Shown piece after piece: positions 52,677-64,000 of a stretch of DNA of 64,000 bases (position 1 is the stretch's first letter; the number at the start of each line of letters is the position of its first letter). The translations under genes were made by a program, and so were the position numbers. Below the pieces are notes generated by a model, which was given only the letters and a program-made list of their open reading frames with translations, did not search any database and was not told where the DNA came from. The stretch is taken from positions 192,001 through 256,000 of the forward strand of contig CAWDML010000004.1 in assembly GCA_963803435.1 (NCBI GenBank), given 5' to 3'. This DNA comes from an uncultured delta proteobacterium. Lineage in GTDB: Bacteria; Myxococcota; Kuafuiibacteriia; Kuafuiibacteriales; Kuafuiibacteriaceae.

Positions 52677-52802
52677 GCACTCGGTGGTGAACTGCGGGTG
52701 AGACCCTGGAGTACGTCGTGCCGTGACCAGGTCGTCGCGTATACCTGAGGGGGTCGCTCGAGCCCCACACCGGGCCTCGCTTGTTTGGGAGCCTACGCGC
52801 CT

Positions 52803-52811
52803 TGATACAAT
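52803..52811 (+). promoter_or_regulatory. Possible extended -10 promoter
   Basis: TG-A-TACAAT ending 6 bp before the ORF at 52818. Confidence 0.4.
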
Positions 52812-52817
52812 AGACGC

Positions 52818-53720
52818 TTGTCTCGCGCGTGGGTGCTCGTTTTAGCGATGTGTGGGTGCGGGCGCTACGGCTACGATCTGGTTGCCGGTGCCTCGCCCGG
52901 CTTTGACGCCTCCACTCTCGATGCCTCGCTCGACGATGCCTCGCTCGAAGATGCCTCGGTCGCGTTTGGTCCAGCCCAGCTGATCGTCGAGCTGAGCACG
53001 CCGAACGAAGAACAAGATCCGAGCCTGACCGCCGACATGCTCGAGATCGTGTTCTATCGAAACGGCGATCTGATGACATCCCGGCGCGAGACCGTGGACG
53101 TTCCCTGGGAGGCGCCCGCGCCCATCGATGAGCTCAACAGCGCGGACGACGATACCAGCCCCGATTTGACGCCGGACGGTCTGGTCCTGTTCTTCACGAG
53201 CAATCGGCCCGGCGGCGCCGGCGGCAGCGATCTCTACATGTCGCGGCGCACCGACCGCACGCAGCCGTGGATGCCTCCGGTCCGGCTCGCCGACGTCAGC
53301 TCACCGGAGGATGACGTGTCGGCAGTGACCGACGAAGGCCTCACGTTCCTCGTGTTCACGTCGACCCGTCCCGGCGGGCCGGGCGGCTCCGATCTCTACA
53401 TCGCCGAGAGGGCGTCGACGTCCGACCCTTGGGGGCCGCCGCAGCTGGCCCGTGGGCTCAACTCCGGCGCCGACGATATCGCGCCGTTCTATCACGAACC
53501 GAGCCGTACGCTCTTCTTCGCCAGCTCGCGCGGGGCGCCGGCCCTCGATCTGTATGCTGCCGTTCGCCTGGCTGACGGCGGCTTCGGAGAAGCGAGCCCG
53601 ATCGTCGAGCTGAACGACAGCGACCGCCAGTCCGACCCGTGGCTGTCACCTGACGGGCGCACGATGTACTTCTCCGCGACGGTTCGCGGCCGCTCAGGCA
53701 TCTACGTCACGACGCGCTGA
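52818..53720 (+). CDS. Lipoprotein with PD40/TolB-like beta-propeller repeats
   Basis: Lipobox GCG; repeated P.LTPDGL.LFFTSNRPGG.GGSDLY units. Confidence 0.85.
   Translation: MSRAWVLVLAMCGCGRYGYDLVAGASPGFDASTLDASLDDASLEDASVAFGPAQLIVELSTPNEEQDPSLTADMLEIVFYRNGDLMTSRRETVDVPWEAPAPIDELNSADDDTSPDLTPDGLVLFFTSNRPGGAGGSDLYMSRRTDRTQPWMPPVRLADVSSPEDDVSAVTDEGLTFLVFTSTRPGGPGGSDLYIAERASTSDPWGPPQLARGLNSGADDIAPFYHEPSRTLFFASSRGAPALDLYAAVRLADGGFGEASPIVELNDSDRQSDPWLSPDGRTMYFSATVRGRSGIYVTTR
52905..52964 (+). repeat. Four imperfect 15-bp tandem units encoding a DASxx linker
   Basis: gacgcctccactctc / gatgcctcgctcgac / gatgcctcgctcgaa / gatgcctcggtcgcg. Confidence 0.75.
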
Positions 53721-53843
53721 GCCCGAGCGCGGACAGGCGCGCACCACGAACCCGAACGCGCTTCCGTCGCACCGTCTGGCCGGCCGCGGTCGGCCCCAAC
53801 TTCCTCTAGCCCGCAGGCCGTTTCGTTGCTAACGGCCATCCCG

Positions 53844-54545
53844 ATGGAGGTCGAGCTCACGATCGTCGTCCCCGCCTTCGACGAGGCCGCCCGCATCGCG
53901 GTCACGCTCGTCAAGACGCTCGACTACCTGGCGCGCTGGCACCCGAAGAGCGAGCTGATCGTCGTGGACGACGGCTCGAAGGACGACACCCGGATGGTCC
54001 TCGACGCGCTCAGCTCCCGCGACCCGCGCCTGATCGTGGTCTCGCACCCCTCCAACCGCGGCAAGGGCGCCGCCGTTCGGACCGGCGTGCTGGCGTCGCG
54101 CGGCCATTATGTGCTGTTCATGGACGCCGACCTGGCCACGCCCATCGAGGAGCTGCCCAAGCTGATCGCCTACGTCGACAAGGGCGCCGACGTGGTGATC
54201 GGATCGCGCGCGGTCGCCCACGACATCCGCCGCCGGCAGCCGCTGGTCCGGGAGATGATGGGCCGCACCTTCAACCGGATCATCCGCGGCCTGCTCGACA
54301 TCTCCTGGGGCGACACCCAGTGCGGCTTCAAGCTCTTCAAGGGCGACCTCGCCCGCCAGCTCTTCGCCGAGGCGCAGATCGAGGGCTTCGCGTTCGACGT
54401 CGAGATCCTGCTGATGGCCCAGGCCCGCGGCTGCACCATCCGCGAGGTGCCGGTCGTGTGGGCGCACGCGCCCAACTCCAAGGTGTCGATGCTTCGCGAC
54501 TCCACCCGCATGTTCTACGACGTGCTGCGGCTGCGGAACCGATGA
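53844..54545 (+). CDS. GT2 polyprenol-phosphate glycosyltransferase (dolichyl-phosphate glucosyltransferase-like)
   Basis: IVVPAFDE, VDDGSKD, NRGKGAAVR, FMDADL, DTQCGFKLF, FAFDVEIL. Confidence 0.92.
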   Translation: MEVELTIVVPAFDEAARIAVTLVKTLDYLARWHPKSELIVVDDGSKDDTRMVLDALSSRDPRLIVVSHPSNRGKGAAVRTGVLASRGHYVLFMDADLATPIEELPKLIAYVDKGADVVIGSRAVAHDIRRRQPLVREMMGRTFNRIIRGLLDISWGDTQCGFKLFKGDLARQLFAEAQIEGFAFDVEILLMAQARGCTIREVPVVWAHAPNSKVSMLRDSTRMFYDVLRLRNR

Positions 54546-54814
54546 GGCGCGAGCGGATCCTCCCGGCGTTGCTCGCCGCGGCCGTGATCGCGCTGTCGAT
54601 CCCGAGCATCGTCCGCTCGCTCACGCCCTCGACGGACGCGGAGATCCGCAGCCTGCTCGGCGATCTCACGGCGGCCCGCGCGCGCGGCGGGAGCGCGGAG
54701 GGCATCGAGTTCGATCGCGAGGGCCGGCCCATCGGTGGCTGCCGGACGCTCGAGCGTGACGGCTATACGATCGTGATCGAGGCCGACGGCCGCATCGTCC
54801 CGCCCGCGCCGTGA
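54542..54814 (+). CDS. Small hypothetical membrane-anchored protein
   Basis: ATGA-coupled to the upstream gene; N-terminal hydrophobic helix; 90 aa. Confidence 0.5.
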   Translation: MRRERILPALLAAAVIALSIPSIVRSLTPSTDAEIRSLLGDLTAARARGGSAEGIEFDREGRPIGGCRTLERDGYTIVIEADGRIVPPAP

Positions 54815-54836
54815 CTTCGTGCTAGCGTCCGCGGTC

Positions 54837-55637
54837 ATGGCCGACGTCTTCAGCCCCCAGCTCCTCGAAGGAAAGGTCGCGTTCGTCACCGGGGGTGGCA
54901 GCGGCATCAACCTCGCGATCGCGGAGCGCTTCGCCCGCGCCGGCGCCCAGGTGGCGCTCCTCGGACGCACCCAGGAGAAGCTGGACGCCGCCGTGAAGAC
55001 GCTCGAAGCGGCGGGCGCTACCGCGGTCGGTCTGTCCGCCGACGTCCGCGACTACGGCGCGGTGTCCGCGCGTCTGGCCGAGACCCACGAGCGCTTCGGC
55101 GGGATCGATCTGGTGGTGTGCGGCGCCGCCGGCAACTTCCCCGCGCCGGCCCTCGGCATGTCCGCCAACGGGTTCAAGTCCGTCGTCGACATCGATCTCC
55201 TGGGCACGTTCAACACCTGCCGGGCCGCGTTCGAGCACCTGCGCAAGCCGGGCGCCTCGGTGATCAACATCTCCGCGCCGCAGGCCTTCCTGCCCACCGC
55301 CTTCCAGGCCCACGTCTGCGCCGCCAAAGCGGGCGTGGACATGGTCACGCGCGTCCTCGCGATCGAGTGGGGCGGCGCGGGCGTCCGCATCAACTCGATC
55401 GCGCCCGGGCCCATAGCGGACACCGAGGGCATGAGCCGCCTCGCGCCCAACGTGGAGGCGCGCGATCGCCTCTCCCAGAAGATCCCGCTGGCCCGGTTCG
55501 GGCTGAAGAGCGAGATCGCCGACCTCGCGCTGTTCCTCGCCTCGGACGCCGCCGCGTACATCACCGGCGCCGTCATCCCTTGCGACGGCGGTCAGGCCTT
55601 GATCGGATCGGGATCGATGATGGACGCGCTCGCATGA
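54837..55637 (+). CDS. SDR, 2,4-dienoyl-CoA reductase-like
   Basis: TGGGSGIN, GAAGNF, NGFKSVVDIDLLGTF, AHVCAAKAG, PGPIADTEGM. Confidence 0.88.
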   Translation: MADVFSPQLLEGKVAFVTGGGSGINLAIAERFARAGAQVALLGRTQEKLDAAVKTLEAAGATAVGLSADVRDYGAVSARLAETHERFGGIDLVVCGAAGNFPAPALGMSANGFKSVVDIDLLGTFNTCRAAFEHLRKPGASVINISAPQAFLPTAFQAHVCAAKAGVDMVTRVLAIEWGGAGVRINSIAPGPIADTEGMSRLAPNVEARDRLSQKIPLARFGLKSEIADLALFLASDAAAYITGAVIPCDGGQALIGSGSMMDALA

Positions 55638-55677
55638 CGCGCCGCTCGGTCCACGCCGGCGGGATGGTCGACACCCC

Positions 55678-56460
55678 GTGAGGATCGCGATCGACTCCGC
55701 CGGCGATCCGCGGGTCGCCGACTACCTCCGCGTACGAGAGGCGGATCAGGTGAAGCGCCGCGGAGTCTTCATCGCGGAGGGCGCCGAGGTCGTGCGCACG
55801 CTGGTGCGGTACGGGCGCTTCAACACCCGCTCGATCCTGCTCGCCGACAAGCGCGTGGCCGCGATGCAAGACGTCCTGCAAGAGCTCGGCGACGAGATCC
55901 CGATCTACGTGGCGCCGCAGCCGATCATGGATCAGGTGGCCGGCTTCCCCATCCATCGCGGATGCCTCGCGGCCGGCGAGCGCGGCCCCGAGGAGACGGT
56001 GGCCGCGCTGCTCGATCGCCTCCCGGCGGCGCGGACGGCGGTGGTGCTCGAGGGCATCGCCAACCACGACAACGTCGGCGGCGTCTTCCGGAACGCGCTC
56101 GCCCTCGGCGCCGAGCTCGTGCTCCTCGACCCCACCTGCGCCGACCCGCTCTACCGGAAGGCGATCCGCGTGAGTATGGGCGCCGTCCTGCGGGTCCCGT
56201 TCGCGCGCGGCGGCTCGCTCGCGCCCGAGCTCTCGGCCCGCGGCTTCGGGTGCTTCGCGCTGACCCCCGGCGATGCCCGTCCGATCGGCGCCGTCGACTG
56301 GCCCGCCCGCGCCGCCCTCTTCCTGGGTGCCGAGGGCGCCGGGCTCTCCGCGGCCACCCTCGCCGCCTGCGACCAGCGCGTGCGCATCCCGATGGCGCCC
56401 GGGGTCGACTCGCTCAACGTGGCGGCCGCCTCGGCAATCGCCCTCTTCGCCCGGGGCTGA
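55678..56460 (+). CDS. TrmH/SpoU family RNA methyltransferase
   Basis: FIAEG, DNVGGVFRNA, R.SMG, LGAEGAGL, IPM..GVDSLNV. Confidence 0.92.
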   Translation: MRIAIDSAGDPRVADYLRVREADQVKRRGVFIAEGAEVVRTLVRYGRFNTRSILLADKRVAAMQDVLQELGDEIPIYVAPQPIMDQVAGFPIHRGCLAAGERGPEETVAALLDRLPAARTAVVLEGIANHDNVGGVFRNALALGAELVLLDPTCADPLYRKAIRVSMGAVLRVPFARGGSLAPELSARGFGCFALTPGDARPIGAVDWPARAALFLGAEGAGLSAATLAACDQRVRIPMAPGVDSLNVAAASAIALFARG

Positions 56461-56482
56461 GCTCTGATACGCTCGCCGCCCG

Positions 56483-57392
56483 ATGCGGAGCATCCTGGTG
56501 GTCCACGCCGAGGCGAGCCGTCTGATCGACGCGCTGGTGCCGCTGTGTCCGGGCGAGACCTTCACCGGCGTCGATTCGCTCGCGGCAATCCAGCCGGCGC
56601 TCGCGGCTCACGAGCCCGCGATCGTCTTCTGCATCAAGTCGTCCTCGTTCCTCGGCCCGGAGTTTCACGCGCTCGTCCAGCACCCGAGCGTCCGCTGGGT
56701 GCACGTGGGAGGATTGGGTGTCGAGCACCTGGGGACGTGGGACGCCGCGCGCGTGACCGTGACGAACAGCGCCGGCGTGCTCGCGCCCTACCTGGCGGAG
56801 ACCTGGCTGGGGGCCGTCCTTGCCCTCGACGGCGGCCTCCTCGAGTGGGCGGGGGCGCGCGGCTGGGGCGAGCGGCGCTTCCGCGCGATCCGCGGGCAGC
56901 GGCTCCTCCTGGTCGGGCTCGGCGAGGTCGGCCGGCGCGTGGCCGAGCTGGCGAAGGCCGCGGGCATGGAGACGGAGGCGATCCGCGCGCACCCGGAGCG
57001 GGGTGGAGCCGATCGCGTCTTCGGCCCCGAGCAGCTCGACGCGCGCCTCCCGCACGCCGACATCGTGTCGCTGCACGTCCGATCGACCCCGAGCACCCGC
57101 CACCTCATCGACGCGCGCCGGCTCGCGCTCATGAAGCCGGGCGCGCTCTTCGTGAACAGCGCCCGCGGTGCGATCGTCGACGAAGCGGCCCTCGCCGAGC
57201 GGCTGATCGACGGCCACCTGCGCGGCGCCTGGCTCGACGTCTTCGAGCGCGAGCCGCTCCCGGAGACCTCACCGCTGTGGGGCCTTCCCAACGTGTTGAT
57301 CACGCCGCACGCCGCCGATCAGGTGGAGGGCTGGGCGCTCCTGTTCGTGGATCGCTTCGTGGAGGAGCTCGGCCGTCGGCGCGCCGCCGGGC

Positions 57393-57403
<11 letters not shown>
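56483..57403 (+). CDS. D-2-hydroxyacid dehydrogenase
   Basis: VGLGEVG, MKPGALFVNSARG, LDVFEREPLP, ITPHAA. Confidence 0.9.
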
Positions 57404-62822
<5,419 letters not shown>

Positions 62823-62826
<4 letters not shown>

Positions 62827-64000
62827 AGCGCCCACCCGATCCCCGCCACCACGTCGATGTATCGATCCGAGAAGCCAGCCTCGCCAATGTCGCCGGACTG
62901 CTGCGTCAAACGCGCACCGACCTTCGCGAGGAGGCCGAAGGCCAGGGCCAGCTCGACGCCGCCCTCCACGTCGAACCCGGGAGCGGCGCTTCCGCCGCGG
63001 ACCGTGGGGCTCCCGCGGAGCGCGCCTTCGAGCGCGAAGGACAGCCGCAACCCCTCGTCGAGGTAGAGCGGCTGGATCACCGTCAGACCTCCCCGCAGCA
63101 CGCTGTAGCGTGCGGAGAAGACCGAGCCTTCCTCGGCGATCTCGAAGCGCAGCAGCTCCCAGCCGAAGAGGACGCCCATGCGAGGCAGGTAGCCTCCCAG
63201 GTGATAGCGGTACGCGAGCCCGACCCGCGTGCGATCCGCATCGACGGCCAGCTCGGTCTCGGTGATCTGCGCCGTGGCCAAGCTGCGGCCGTAGGCGGCG
63301 TCGAGATCGAGGTCGTGATCATCGAGCCGGAACAGCTCCGCGATGTGCAAGCTGGCCTGCGCGCCGAGCGCCGGTACGTTGGCGGCGTCGAGGTGAGGAC
63401 CGGGCGCTCCGCCGACTGAGCGTGAGGCGAGCCCGCCGATCAACATCAGCGAGACGAAGGGGCCCCGCGGAGGTGGTGGCGGGGGTACAGCGTTGAGTCT
63501 CTCCTGCTCGGTCGCGAGGTCGGTGTCCACGAAGTGCTCCGGCGGCGGCTCGGGCGGCTTGGGTGGAGGCGGCGGCGGAGGCGCGATCAGAGCCCACAGC
63601 TTCGTGAACATCGGTGTCAGATCGGCGGCGTCCAGATCGCCGCGGCCCTTGGTGAAGGTCTCTTCGATCGCCCAGTCATCGTCGGAGAAGGGCTTGGCGC
63701 GGAAGAGGAAGCGACTCTCCGCGCGCCGGCCGTGGACGGTGACGTCGACCAGGGCGGCGCAGCCTTTGTCGGCGCCTTCGCGGGACGGAGAGTGGATGCG
63801 AATGACGAGGTAGTGGACGTGTCCCGGCATCGAAGCCGCCGCGGCCTCGTCGAGCTTCGTCGCCAGCAGATCGAGATCCTTGCGGCCGACGCCTCGCGGT
63901 GCGAGCCAGCACACGGCGCTGCCCGAGGGATTGGAGGGGTCGAACACGTCAAACCTGGACGGGCTCGACGCCGCGACCATCGCGGCGATCAGCCAAAAGC
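62823..64000 (-). CDS. Secreted protein with Pro linker and C-terminal beta-barrel-like domain (5' end off the window)
   Basis: Frame open to the window edge (FWLIAAMVAA), poly-Pro linker, amphipathic strands ending VAGIGWAL; ATGA-coupled to the giant repeat gene. Confidence 0.7.

Overview
High-GC (~70%) chromosomal segment, very probably from a myxobacterium (Myxococcota). The supporting signs are many eukaryote-like Ser/Thr kinases, a Glt-like (gltC/D/E/F/G) trans-envelope cluster, a MYXO-CTERM motif, mevalonate-pathway genes and MopE-type Cys/Asp repeats. Recognisable genes include ggt, rnd, typA, mvaD, a (phospho)mevalonate kinase, lemA with two TPM genes, imuB, dnaE2, several SDRs, two glycosyltransferases, a TrmH methyltransferase and a D-2-hydroxyacid dehydrogenase. 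At least eleven frameshifts split eight genes. Eight of them are one extra A inside GATC (GAATC or GATAC on the + strand) and two more lie beside GATC, which points to modification-induced sequencing error rather than pseudogenes. After correcting them, the notable items are: (i) a ~1690-aa protein with four kinase-fold domains and an RxxxxH HEPN-like domain; (ii) a ~1810-aa surface protein whose internal MYXO-CTERM tail doubles as the start of a lipoprotein signal peptide for a vWA half; (iii) a barrel / FecR / kinase-TonB_C module; (iv) an IS5 remnant fused in frame into a zincin gene; (v) a split imuB...dnaE2 cassette with a LexA-like box at each gene. I saw no rRNA, tRNA or CRISPR array. 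All family calls come from motif recognition by eye; no database search was run.
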